The position numbers and the translations under genes are program-made. A stretch of DNA of 64,000 nucleotides, taken from assembly GCA_050173015.1 (NCBI GenBank), contig JBFXLE010000006.1:32001-96000 (forward strand), read 5' to 3'. Below, one piece after another: positions 1 to 9,230 of this stretch. The notes below the pieces were generated by a model. That model was not told where the DNA came from, did no database searches, and saw only the letters and a list, made by a program, of their open reading frames with translations. This DNA is from Calditrichaceae bacterium (GTDB taxonomy: Bacteria > Calditrichota > Calditrichia > Calditrichales > JBFXGD01). Each line of letters opens with the position of its first letter. Within the stretch, counting starts at the first letter, position 1.

Positions 1-199
1 GTTCTTCCTGTTTCTTCCCGGCCTTTGTCTCGACTATCTGAATAACGGCTTTTTTCCTGTCATTGTCATAGAATGAATCGGTGGCGCCCAACATGGTGGT
101 GGTGAGACTGCCTCCCCCTCTTCTTAATCTCCGGGAAATAATGATAAAAATGGATATCACGGCAATCAGGGAAAACAGAATCAGTAATAATTCTATCAT
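1..199 (-). CDS. Small single-pass membrane protein, runs off the window edge (partial)
   Basis: Not in the ORF track. Hand translation from ATG at 199: MIELLLILFSLIAVISIFIIISRRLRRGGGSLTTTMLGATDSFYDNDRKKAVIQIVETKAGKKQEE..., open to base 1; hydrophobic N-terminal helix followed by basic residues. Confidence 0.6.
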   Translation of the reverse strand, partial: MIELLLILFSLIAVISIFIIISRRLRRGGGSLTTTMLGATDSFYDNDRKKAVIQIVETKAGKKQEE

Positions 200-322
200 A
201 TTCTTCTCGCCGAATCTATCATACAGAATCATATATATTTAAAGATCATTTCGCGCTGATCAACTTCAGAATGAGCAATCAATGTCCTGATCTATCCGTA
301 CGACCCAGCTTGCTCAAACTTT

Positions 323-2146
323 TTAATACGTCTCCACCGGCGCCATTGACAGATTTTTTATTTCCAGGATGAGAAGCTGGATGGTTTTCATATTCGCGTC
401 CAATTCATTCAAAATATGTGTTTTTGTCTCTTCAAAAACATCTTTTACGTCACTAAAAAGGGTGTGATAATAGTCAGCGCCCTCCTGAAGATTATTCGCG
501 AATGTTAACAGATACTTTTCCTGTTTTTCAGACATGGAAACCCTGGTTTCGTCAATTTTGTTTTTAAGATAATCAATATAGATTTTTAGTTCTTTTATAA
601 ACATATTCGGACGATCTGTCCGCGTGATCACATTTGTTCTTCCGTAGATATGATCTGTGATTTCCTTCAGGCTCATAATTTTTGAGAAGTACGCCATGTT
701 CGGGCCGGGACACACCGAAACTCCCGGGCCTTCGATTTTGGTGTCTAAATTATGTACAAGCAGGGCAGATGTGCCCAGTCCCACGCAAATGCATGATTTA
801 TCCGTGATGTCTTTGAATCTTTTTTGGTATTCCTCCGGAGATACTCCTTCGTCATCCAGTTCCTTTAATTTTAAAAATTGATACTGACGCGATGCCGTAC
901 AAATGGATTGTTCGGTGAACTCTTTATTGATCGCGGCATGTTTATTGGGACAAGAACTGCCGGGTTTTCCTTTAGCGATCAGAGAAAATTTTTCAAGATC
1001 CTTAGTGTTGCCTTTAAGGCTATTAAACGGAACGCCTAAGGGGGAAATATTACTTAAGTAGAGATCATTTTCTTTGGCGTCGCTTAATTTGTCCAAAGTG
1101 GAATCGTCAACGGTTGTCGCTTCCGGCACCAGAAGAAACGGAGTGCCCCAGCCCACTGAATCGACCTGATAATGATCAAGCAGAAAATGATGTTCTTCGG
1201 CAGTTCCGACACCACCCTGGGCGGTTATTTTCATTGGTAATTCTTTTTCGGGAACCTGGCGATTTTTACCGGAGAGCGCCCGCGCCATGATGTCATGAAT
1301 GGTTTTTTTCAGTTCTTGTTTTTTGTCCCGGAATTCCGCTAAGATGGGACCCAAAAGATATCCGTCGGTGGCAAACGCGTGCCCGCCGCAGTTCAGTCCC
1401 GATTCAATTCTGAATTCTGATACCCACAGGCCTTTTTTGGCCAGAAATTTACCCTGAATAAAAGCGGATCTGTAGTCGCTTACTTTTAAAACAATTCTCT
1501 TTTTGATTGCCCCGTTTTGATCAGGATAGAAATCTTCAAACTGTTCCAAATAGCCGTAAAGCCCCGGATTCATTCCGGCGGAAAAGATTACGGAAGAATT
1601 TAAATCACTATTGGCATACCCCCTAAGCGCGGCATGGGCGTCATTGTATTCCGCGGGAAGTTTTTTATCTTTGATGTAATTTTCCTTATCGAGTTTGGTC
1701 ATAATATTTACATCGATACTGCCTTTTGACAAGTGTTCATTTATCCAATTTCTAAATTCATTCAAATTCAAATATTTTGCGGTTAAACTCCTGAATTCCT
1801 GTTTTATTTCGGAACTGTCCGGCAGCATGTTGAAGTATTCTTTTATCTCATGGCTTTTGTCGGCCGCGGCATTCTTTAGTTCTTCGAATTTTTCTTCAAC
1901 CAATGAATTTATCAGATTAAGATAGGAGGTAATTCTTTTTGCCCTGAAGTCATCTGTTTTGTTGGTGATCTCATCATAAGGGAGTTGATGCTTGCCGCAG
2001 TACATTTTTCTTAACTTTTCAAGAAGAATGTCATCGACCAGAGAAATGACAGAATCCATTCCGTATGGGGAGACCTTTAACGGTGTATCGATGGTGAATC
2101 CGATTCCCATAACGGGTATATGAAATGAATGTGTTTTTGTCTTCAT
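323..2146 (-). CDS. Conserved hypothetical protein, probable FMN-dependent TIM barrel (nitronate monooxygenase/FabK-like) with Cys-rich C-terminal part
   Basis: 607 aa; IESGLNCGGH, ITAQGGVG and VGWGTPFLLVPE resemble the EAGGH, IAAGGI and GVQMGTRF motifs of NMO/FabK; GAGG RBS upstream. Confidence 0.6.
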   Translation of the reverse strand: MKTKTHSFHIPVMGIGFTIDTPLKVSPYGMDSVISLVDDILLEKLRKMYCGKHQLPYDEITNKTDDFRAKRITSYLNLINSLVEEKFEELKNAAADKSHEIKEYFNMLPDSSEIKQEFRSLTAKYLNLNEFRNWINEHLSKGSIDVNIMTKLDKENYIKDKKLPAEYNDAHAALRGYANSDLNSSVIFSAGMNPGLYGYLEQFEDFYPDQNGAIKKRIVLKVSDYRSAFIQGKFLAKKGLWVSEFRIESGLNCGGHAFATDGYLLGPILAEFRDKKQELKKTIHDIMARALSGKNRQVPEKELPMKITAQGGVGTAEEHHFLLDHYQVDSVGWGTPFLLVPEATTVDDSTLDKLSDAKENDLYLSNISPLGVPFNSLKGNTKDLEKFSLIAKGKPGSSCPNKHAAINKEFTEQSICTASRQYQFLKLKELDDEGVSPEEYQKRFKDITDKSCICVGLGTSALLVHNLDTKIEGPGVSVCPGPNMAYFSKIMSLKEITDHIYGRTNVITRTDRPNMFIKELKIYIDYLKNKIDETRVSMSEKQEKYLLTFANNLQEGADYYHTLFSDVKDVFEETKTHILNELDANMKTIQLLILEIKNLSMAPVETY

Positions 2147-2227
2147 ATATTAAAACCTCTAATTTAATCTGAATCCATGCGGCATCGCACAAGCTGTTCT
2201 TTATTAAATCTTGTTGGATATCCGCGT

Positions 2228-2713
2228 TTATAAATCCTTTGTCATTGCTCCTAAATTTATTTTTTCAGCTTTTGTAAAGGTAATATCTCGTACAAATTTC
2301 ATGTCGCCCCATAAATACTTATGGCCCCTCATCCCTTTGGTTGGCTTCATTCTTCTCATTAGCCGGTTTAATTCGATCTCTGTCGCTTCTCTTTTTTCTC
2401 CAAGCTTCCCGTATAGTTTAATCGCCGGATGACAATTGAAGTTTCCATTAAATAAAGATTTTATCCAAAACCAACTGTTGCTGTTCACCGCCAGGACACA
2501 AATGTTTTTATTTGTTTTTGCGTGATCAGGCAGTTTTGAAGGATATTTCTCAAAATAAAATCCTGTTTGATTATTATTTAAAAACAAGGAACCGATTGGC
2601 GTTACCGTCGGATTGTTCTCAGAATCGACCGACGCGATGGAAACATGAAAGTTTGAACTAAAACTTTTATTAAAATGAGATTTTATTGTTTTCCATTCGA
2701 TTTTTATATTCAT
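2228..2713 (-). CDS. Pyridoxamine 5'-phosphate oxidase-like (FMN-binding split barrel) protein
   Basis: 161 aa; IASVDSENNPTVTPIGS matches the lATvd.dG.P...p pattern. Confidence 0.65.
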   Translation of the reverse strand: MNIKIEWKTIKSHFNKSFSSNFHVSIASVDSENNPTVTPIGSLFLNNNQTGFYFEKYPSKLPDHAKTNKNICVLAVNSNSWFWIKSLFNGNFNCHPAIKLYGKLGEKREATEIELNRLMRRMKPTKGMRGHKYLWGDMKFVRDITFTKAEKINLGAMTKDL

Positions 2714-2936
2714 ATTTCGCTTGATGCCTGAAAGCTAAACGGGTACATCCCCTTAATGGATTTTCACCGGGCCACAAAATTTATATTCAATTTCTGTAAA
2801 CCTTTTACAATTTCAGTAACCCCATTCTAATAAATCATCAGCGGGAATACAAATTAAATTCTTCTGAAAAATTATGAAGACGTACCTAAAAGGGAAGCGA
2901 TTGGAAATATAAACTTATTTTTATCAAGGCTGAAGT

Positions 2937-2950
2937 ATGATAAAAATCAA
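2937..2950. promoter_or_regulatory. Crp/Fnr-like box
   Basis: ATGATAAAAATCAA versus TTGAT-N4-ATCAA (1 mismatch); weaker copy CTTATTTTTATCAA at 2914-2927. Confidence 0.35.
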
Positions 2951-3022
2951 TTAAATATATCTTCTTGAAAGATAAAGTTTTTAATCAGGATTGCACCATA
3001 ACAGCTTTAAGATAGAGTGAAT

Positions 3023-5410
3023 TTATCGATTATTTCCGATGATTTGATCTTTAGAGTGATTAATAAATCCCATTTTTTTGAGCAAGGCAATAAATCTTTT
3101 ATCGGTCCGAACAGAATCGTATAAAGGATCGATATTGATTAAAATTAATTCTTCAGTCCTTTGTTGGTAGGCTTTTTCAAGCCATGCGAAAGCCTGGTCC
3201 AGATCGCCAAGACTAATATATACCATTGCGATCAGGTCAGGGCGAACGTAATCTCCTCGCGCTTGTTGGGTTAACAACTTTTCTAGAATCATTCGGGCTT
3301 CCTTAGTCAATCCCGCCGCGGCATAGGCTTGTCCTAAATACGCAATATCATTTTTACGGTCGCTATATTTTACAGAGATTTTAAAAATTTCTATTGCTTT
3401 AGATGTCTCTCCAAGATACTGGTATGATGAAGCCTGCAGTTGATTTGCAGGGATGAAGTGTGGATGAATTTCAATAATTTTTCGGGTCTCCTCTATCGTT
3501 TGTCTATATTGGCGTCCGTAGTAATAGGGTAATATCGCTGTCATCTGAATGCTAATTGAGCGTGGATCGAGCAGCTTGGCTTGATTTAATTCATAGATAG
3601 CCTCTTTAAAGCGACTCAGAACAAGTAGATAAATACCATAGTGATGATGGGATGTTGCTGAACTTGGATTGAGCTCAATGGCTCGTTTGAATTCTTTTCC
3701 GGCGGTTAACCAGTCCCAATCATAAAATGCTCTAACCGATGCAATGGCGGAATGAGCTTCCGCAAGTGAATTGTTCAATTCAATGGCCTTAATTGCGGCT
3801 TCCATTGCTTTGGGCATCGCTTCTTCAGGAGGAAGATATATATTAGAGAGCTGGTGATATGAATTCGATAATCCAGCGTATGCTTCAGCGAAGTCGGGAT
3901 CAATTTCGATAGCATGACTGAAGTATTGAAGCGCTTTTCGATTACCACCTTCTGTAAAGTGCCTTAGCTCAGCACGCCCTTTTAGATACAATGTATAGGC
4001 TTCAAAATTATTTGTGGGCTGGTTTGTTAATTGTCGTTTTTCATCATCCAAAAGTTCTGTACTTAACGAATTGGCAACCTGAAAAGCAACATCGCTTTGT
4101 ACAGCAAAAATATCCCCAAGATTTCGGTCATAATTTTTAGACCATTGGTATTCCTGGGTATTAACGTCGATAAGTTGGAAGGTAATTCTCAGCCGATTAT
4201 CTGCTTTCCGAACACTCCCTTCGATGATATGAGTTACTTTTAATTCAGATCCAATTTCCGCAATACTTTTTTTTGAATTCTTATATTGCATAACGGAAGT
4301 TTGGGCAATTACTCTGATGGCTCTAATCTTTGATAAATTGTTAATGACTTCTTCGGTCATTCCCTCAACAAAATAATTATCATCTCTATCTTGGCTGATA
4401 TCAGTCAAAGGCAGCACGGCTATTCTAATTTTATTCGAAAAAAGCTGTTTAGAAGAATCATCATTTGAACTCTGCCAGAGAGAAATCATTAATACACCAA
4501 CAATTATACAAAAAATCACTATAGCTGTATTAAGAACTTTTCTTTTATTCAGAACAAATTGTCCTGAAGGACGGGGAATCTCTTTCCTGTCTTCTCTAAG
4601 ATGCTTCCGTAATGCTTCTAAATCCGCTAGAAAATCATCAATGTGCTGATACCTGATATTTAGGTCTTTAGCCAGGGCCTTAGATACAATTCGCTGTAAT
4701 TCATCTGAAATTCCCTCTCTATAACGTGCGAGAGGTTCTGGATTTTCATGTAAGATCGAGAACGTAACTGCTGCAGTATATGCACCATCGAATGGTGTCC
4801 GGCCTGTAATCATTTCATATAACACGACTCCTGTAGAATAAATATCTGACCGCGCATCTATATCGGCGCTTTGAAATTGTTCAGGGGACATGTATTGGAT
4901 GCTTCCAAAAGTTGAAGATTTTTTTGTCAGTTTCGTCGCCCCTTCAATCTTTGCTAATCCAAAATCAGCAATTTTTGCGAGTCCATCTGAGTCGAGTAAA
5001 ATATTCGATGGCTTTATATCCCTGTGGGTAATTCCAGCTGAATGTGCTTTTTTAAGCCCCGAGCAAATTTGACAACAAATATCAATTGTTTTTTCTAGAG
5101 AAAGTTTTTGTCGATCTAATAGTTGCCTTAGTGACGTTCCTGCAACGTATTCCATGGCAATAAAGTTTTTTTTGTCTATTTCACCAACATCAAAAACGGT
5201 TATGATGTTTGGGTGATTCAGACATGCCGCCGCCATCGCTTCGCGCTTAAATCGATTGGTGAGTTCAGTGTCTTCAATGAAATTAGTAGTCAAGAATTTA
5301 AGTGCAACCTTTCGGGAGAGTTTTGTGTCTTCTGCAAGATATACCACACCCATTTCGCCTTCGCCGAGCTTTTCGATGATTTTGTAATGGAGTAAATTTT
5401 GCCCAATCAT
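3023..5410 (-). CDS. Hanks-type Ser/Thr protein kinase with TM helix, TolB-N-like domain and TPR repeats
   Basis: GEGEMG loop, VALK, HRDIKPSN, DFG, YMSPEQ; hydrophobic segment; IAVLPL...GSVR domain; C-terminal TPRs. Confidence 0.92.
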   Translation of the reverse strand: MIGQNLLHYKIIEKLGEGEMGVVYLAEDTKLSRKVALKFLTTNFIEDTELTNRFKREAMAAACLNHPNIITVFDVGEIDKKNFIAMEYVAGTSLRQLLDRQKLSLEKTIDICCQICSGLKKAHSAGITHRDIKPSNILLDSDGLAKIADFGLAKIEGATKLTKKSSTFGSIQYMSPEQFQSADIDARSDIYSTGVVLYEMITGRTPFDGAYTAAVTFSILHENPEPLARYREGISDELQRIVSKALAKDLNIRYQHIDDFLADLEALRKHLREDRKEIPRPSGQFVLNKRKVLNTAIVIFCIIVGVLMISLWQSSNDDSSKQLFSNKIRIAVLPLTDISQDRDDNYFVEGMTEEVINNLSKIRAIRVIAQTSVMQYKNSKKSIAEIGSELKVTHIIEGSVRKADNRLRITFQLIDVNTQEYQWSKNYDRNLGDIFAVQSDVAFQVANSLSTELLDDEKRQLTNQPTNNFEAYTLYLKGRAELRHFTEGGNRKALQYFSHAIEIDPDFAEAYAGLSNSYHQLSNIYLPPEEAMPKAMEAAIKAIELNNSLAEAHSAIASVRAFYDWDWLTAGKEFKRAIELNPSSATSHHHYGIYLLVLSRFKEAIYELNQAKLLDPRSISIQMTAILPYYYGRQYRQTIEETRKIIEIHPHFIPANQLQASSYQYLGETSKAIEIFKISVKYSDRKNDIAYLGQAYAAAGLTKEARMILEKLLTQQARGDYVRPDLIAMVYISLGDLDQAFAWLEKAYQQRTEELILINIDPLYDSVRTDKRFIALLKKMGFINHSKDQIIGNNR

Positions 5411-5851
5411 TTTTTACTACTTTCTTCTATCGCTGCCAAGAAAGATAGTTTGCTGAGGAGGGATCGATGTTGATCATAAGACGGTATAGATTATAGGTCA
5501 GGTTCTAAATTGATGTACCTAACCTTTTCTGTTTAACATTAAACAAATCTCATAATATAATTTATTCCTTTTTTTTTAATGGTTCTATTTTGATGCAGAC
5601 CATTATTAATTTCGATGTCCGGAATTTAGAATAAAACCTTTTCTCTTTTAACCGGCGATAAACATGAAATATCGATGAACGAAGTTTTTGCTATTTAAAC
5701 TATATCATTATTTTTAATGAATTGAAGTTAAATTTTCTATCATTAAATCCGTTAACCGGCTATACGAGTGATCATGAAATACTTGTTTTTTGTGGTGGAT
5801 TTTATAAATTGACACGCTGGTCATTTATAACAAATTTAGGATAATGAGCCA

Positions 5852-6892
5852 ATGACACAGGATCTGAATCTACTCGAAAAAGAGTTAATGGCGCAAAATA
5901 TAGAGGTTCGCAGAAATGAACCGATCGCGCCGTACACAACCATGAAAGTCGGGGGCAACGCCCTGTTATTTGTGGAAGCGGCAGACAGCAGGATGCTGGA
6001 AACATCCATTATGCGCGCTCATGCTCTTGGGGTAAAGTATCTTGTTATCGGAAAAGGCAGCAATATCATCGTTTCGGATGACGGATTTGATGGTCTCGTT
6101 ATCTATAATAATACGTCATCCTGGAAGATCCTTGATGAAAACACCTCGGCGGATAGAAAAAAACATGTTCCGAGCAGATTTGACCCTCTCGATCCGTCTA
6201 TGAATTCGAACAGCGCTCTGAGCTATAATGAAGACAACGCGCCGGACAGAATCGTTCGCGCAGATTCCGGCCTTAAACTGTATCTTTTTATGAAAACGCT
6301 GTTTGAAGAAGGCATCACCGGTCTGCAATGGTTTGCCGGAATACCCGGAACGGTTGGCGGGGCGATATATATGAACATGCACGGCGGAAATCATTATTTT
6401 GGTGATCTGGTGGAAAAAGCGGCTGTGACCGACGGCAAAGAAACAAAAATCGTTGATCACGACTATTTTCAGTTTGACTATGACCGGAGTATTTTGCATG
6501 AGACAAGGGAAGTGGTCTTATGGGCGGATCTCCGGCTGAAAGCCGGTGAAGTGGAAAAGGCACGGGAACTGGCGAAAAACTGGTCTAAGGAGAAGTCTAA
6601 TCAGCCCTGGCGTTCGGCGGGATGTATCTTTCGTAATCTGAGCGAAGAGGATCGGATTGACCTTGATTTACCGACTTCCTCAATGGGGTATGTGATTGAT
6701 CAGGTGTTACATCTGAAAGGCGAGCGAAAGGGTGACGCGGTGATTTCCGAAAGTCATGCCGCCTTTATAGAAAATCTCGGAGATGCCCGCGCTTCGGATA
6801 TCGCGGCGCTGATCGGCCTCGTCAGGGAGAAAGCCCGGGAAAAATTGGGCATAGAATTAAAAACAGAAGTTGAATTAATCGGAAAATTTTAA
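5852..6892 (+). CDS. murB: UDP-N-acetylenolpyruvoylglucosamine reductase
   Basis: TTMKVGG, GKGSNI, GIPGTVGGA, SAGCIFRN, HAAFIEN, LKTEV motifs. Confidence 0.93.
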   Translation: MTQDLNLLEKELMAQNIEVRRNEPIAPYTTMKVGGNALLFVEAADSRMLETSIMRAHALGVKYLVIGKGSNIIVSDDGFDGLVIYNNTSSWKILDENTSADRKKHVPSRFDPLDPSMNSNSALSYNEDNAPDRIVRADSGLKLYLFMKTLFEEGITGLQWFAGIPGTVGGAIYMNMHGGNHYFGDLVEKAAVTDGKETKIVDHDYFQFDYDRSILHETREVVLWADLRLKAGEVEKARELAKNWSKEKSNQPWRSAGCIFRNLSEEDRIDLDLPTSSMGYVIDQVLHLKGERKGDAVISESHAAFIENLGDARASDIAALIGLVREKAREKLGIELKTEVELIGKF

Positions 6893-6901
6893 AGGTATAA
6901 C

Positions 6902-8161
6902 ATGTCTAAATTTATTATCGAGGGCGGTAACCCTCTGAACGGTGAAATAAAAGTGGCGGGTAACAAGAACGCGGCGTTGCCCATCATCGCGGCTGCCGCG
7001 CTAACGGATGAAGATTGCATTATAGAAAACTTACCGGCTATCCGTGATGTGGATGTAATGCTTGAAATTCTGGCGGATTTGGGAAAAAGCGTAGAGAGAA
7101 CGGCGCCGAATGTTTATAAAATCAGTGGCGCGATTGCCAAAACCAGGGTTAACGACGCGCTTGCCAATAAATTGCGCGCTTCCATTCTTTATCTGAGTGT
7201 GATTCTGGCAAAGACCGGTGAGGTGGAAATGGTGCCTCCGGGCGGTTGTATTATTGGCCGGAGAAATGTGGACAGCCATTTTGATGTCATTGAATCATTC
7301 GGGGCTACTCTGGAATTCGATGAAAAAAACTATAAAGCGAATTTATCATCTCCACGGGCGCCGTATATATTCCTGAAAGAGGCCTCGGTCACGGCAACAG
7401 AAAACGCCATGCTGCTCGCCGCTTCTGTCACGGGGGAAACCACCATAGAAAACGCGGCCAGTGAACCGCATGTATCCGATTTGGCGGATGTGCTGAAAAA
7501 GATGGGCGCGGGAATCAGCGGCAGGGGAACTAACCGGCTTAGCATTTCCGGTAAAGAGAAACTGAGCGGATTCAGACACCGGATTATGCCGGATCATATC
7601 GAAGCGGGCACTTTGGCGATCGCCGCCGCGGCGACAAAAGGGGAAATGATTATTCACGACGCCTATCGTGAACATCTGCGGATGACCTATCATTATATGA
7701 AGCAGATGAATATTGATTTGGAGTTTCTTGATCATCAGACGCTAAAAGTGCGGCCATCCGATCCCGTCTCCCAGGCTAAAAAGATTCAGGTGGGTTTATG
7801 GCCGGGATTCCCGACCGATTTGATGAGCCCGATGATCGTTTTGGCGACCCAGGCAAAAGGGACAACACTTTGTCATGACTGGATGTTTGAAGGGCGAATG
7901 TTTTTTGTGGATAAACTGATCATCATGGGGGCGCAGATTGTGCAGTGTGATCCGCATCGTGTGCTGGTTTCCGGTCCGACCATGTTGCGCGGCCAGGAGC
8001 TTAGCAGTCCGGATATCCGCGCCGGTATCGCTCTGGTGATCGCCGCGTTGACAGCCAGAGGTATGAGCCGGATAGACCGGGTTGAGTTGGTTGACAGGGG
8101 GTACGAAGATATTGCCGCCCGTTTGAACAAGCTGGGTGCGAGTATTAAGCGAGAACAATAA
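6902..8161 (+). CDS. murA: UDP-N-acetylglucosamine 1-carboxyvinyltransferase
   Basis: GNKNAALP, PGGCIIGRR (active-site Cys), SVTATEN, PGFPTD, DIRAG, DRGYE. Confidence 0.96.
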   Translation: MSKFIIEGGNPLNGEIKVAGNKNAALPIIAAAALTDEDCIIENLPAIRDVDVMLEILADLGKSVERTAPNVYKISGAIAKTRVNDALANKLRASILYLSVILAKTGEVEMVPPGGCIIGRRNVDSHFDVIESFGATLEFDEKNYKANLSSPRAPYIFLKEASVTATENAMLLAASVTGETTIENAASEPHVSDLADVLKKMGAGISGRGTNRLSISGKEKLSGFRHRIMPDHIEAGTLAIAAAATKGEMIIHDAYREHLRMTYHYMKQMNIDLEFLDHQTLKVRPSDPVSQAKKIQVGLWPGFPTDLMSPMIVLATQAKGTTLCHDWMFEGRMFFVDKLIIMGAQIVQCDPHRVLVSGPTMLRGQELSSPDIRAGIALVIAALTARGMSRIDRVELVDRGYEDIAARLNKLGASIKREQ

Positions 8162-8168
8162 AAATAAG

Positions 8169-8202
8169 GATCAATCCGGGCGGAAAAATGACCGGATTGA
8201 TC
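8169..8202. terminator. Hairpin between convergent genes
   Basis: 11-bp perfect inverted repeat GATCAATCCGG / CCGGATTGATC; no strong U-tract. Confidence 0.5.
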
Positions 8203-8217
8203 GCTTGTATTACCGGA

Positions 8218-9066
8218 TTAAAATTCTTCCACTTCAAGTTGGTTATTTATTAACTTTTCGAGTGTGGTATCCACATCCGGATTGTCCACAAAATAGCATT
8301 TGATATTATTCGCTTTTAATTCTTCAATAAGTCTCGGGCCGGCAGTTCGAGTGAATACCGCCGAGCACCCCTCTAATGTTTTAATCAGATCTGTGTGTGA
8401 ATGATGGCTGTGCCCGTGATCATGATGATGACCCTGACCATGTCCTTGTTCATGATCGTGTTCGTGATGAGGGTGATCATCATGCTTCATCAAATTTTCA
8501 ACCATAGTACGATCAGTTATTTTATTTCCGTTTATGGTTACAATCAAAAAATGTTTGGTTCTCCCCATGTGGCCGGTGATCGTTTTGCCATTGTTGGTGC
8601 TGAAAGCAATCTTAGTCTGTCCCATATTATCTCCTTTTGATAGATATTCACTTCTTCTTGGATAATGTTTTTGATGATTATTTCCTAACCCAGCTCCCCG
8701 CCCGCAGTTTGGGCAGCAGGGGGATTTAGAGCCCCTGAATTCAACTCGGCAGAAAGGGCATTTGCTATATATTACATCGGAAGCGCTATCCGAATTATTG
8801 AAATAGATTGATTTTTGATTTAGAAGCGCGTCGGCTATTTTTCGAAGGGATTTGTTTAGTATCCGGCCGAATGTTTGTCTTGAAACACCCATGATCTCCG
8901 CGGCATCCTGATGATATAGCCCTTCGTGATAAGCAAGCCGGAATGCTTCGATTTCGTCCGTGTTCAGCTCTACTTTTTCCATAACGGCAGCATCAGAACC
9001 GACAGGCGCCATGGGCAGCAGTTCATGCATCGAATGAATTTTTCTGCATTTATGTGGTCGAGCCAT
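8218..9066 (-). CDS. DUF134 HTH - Zn ribbon - NifB/NifX (iron-molybdenum cofactor binding family) fusion with His-rich loop
   Basis: MARPHKCR...EIEAFRL...GLYHQDAAEIMGVSRQTFGRIL (DUF134); CPFC...CCPNC; KIAF...HMGRTKHF...GPR (NifX-like). Confidence 0.85.
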   Translation of the reverse strand: MARPHKCRKIHSMHELLPMAPVGSDAAVMEKVELNTDEIEAFRLAYHEGLYHQDAAEIMGVSRQTFGRILNKSLRKIADALLNQKSIYFNNSDSASDVIYSKCPFCRVEFRGSKSPCCPNCGRGAGLGNNHQKHYPRRSEYLSKGDNMGQTKIAFSTNNGKTITGHMGRTKHFLIVTINGNKITDRTMVENLMKHDDHPHHEHDHEQGHGQGHHHDHGHSHHSHTDLIKTLEGCSAVFTRTAGPRLIEELKANNIKCYFVDNPDVDTTLEKLINNQLEVEEF

Positions 9067-9077
9067 ATTTTTCCTTA

Positions 9078-9099
9078 ATTATGAGCATATGCCCATAAT
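9078..9099. promoter_or_regulatory. 22-bp palindrome, candidate operator of the DUF134 gene
   Basis: ATTATGAGCATATGCCCATAAT with one mismatched pair; between a minus-strand TATATT (-10-like, 9097-9102) and the AAGGA RBS. Confidence 0.6.
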
Positions 9100-9230
9100 A
9101 TAAAAATTGTAAATACAAAATCAAACTTATTTTTTGGCAGTTGATGTCTTTCCGTTTTATTTTAAGTTTAATTTTTTCAGGAAATGTTTATATTAGATGA
9201 TTATTTACCGCTTTGACTTTGGAAAAAACA

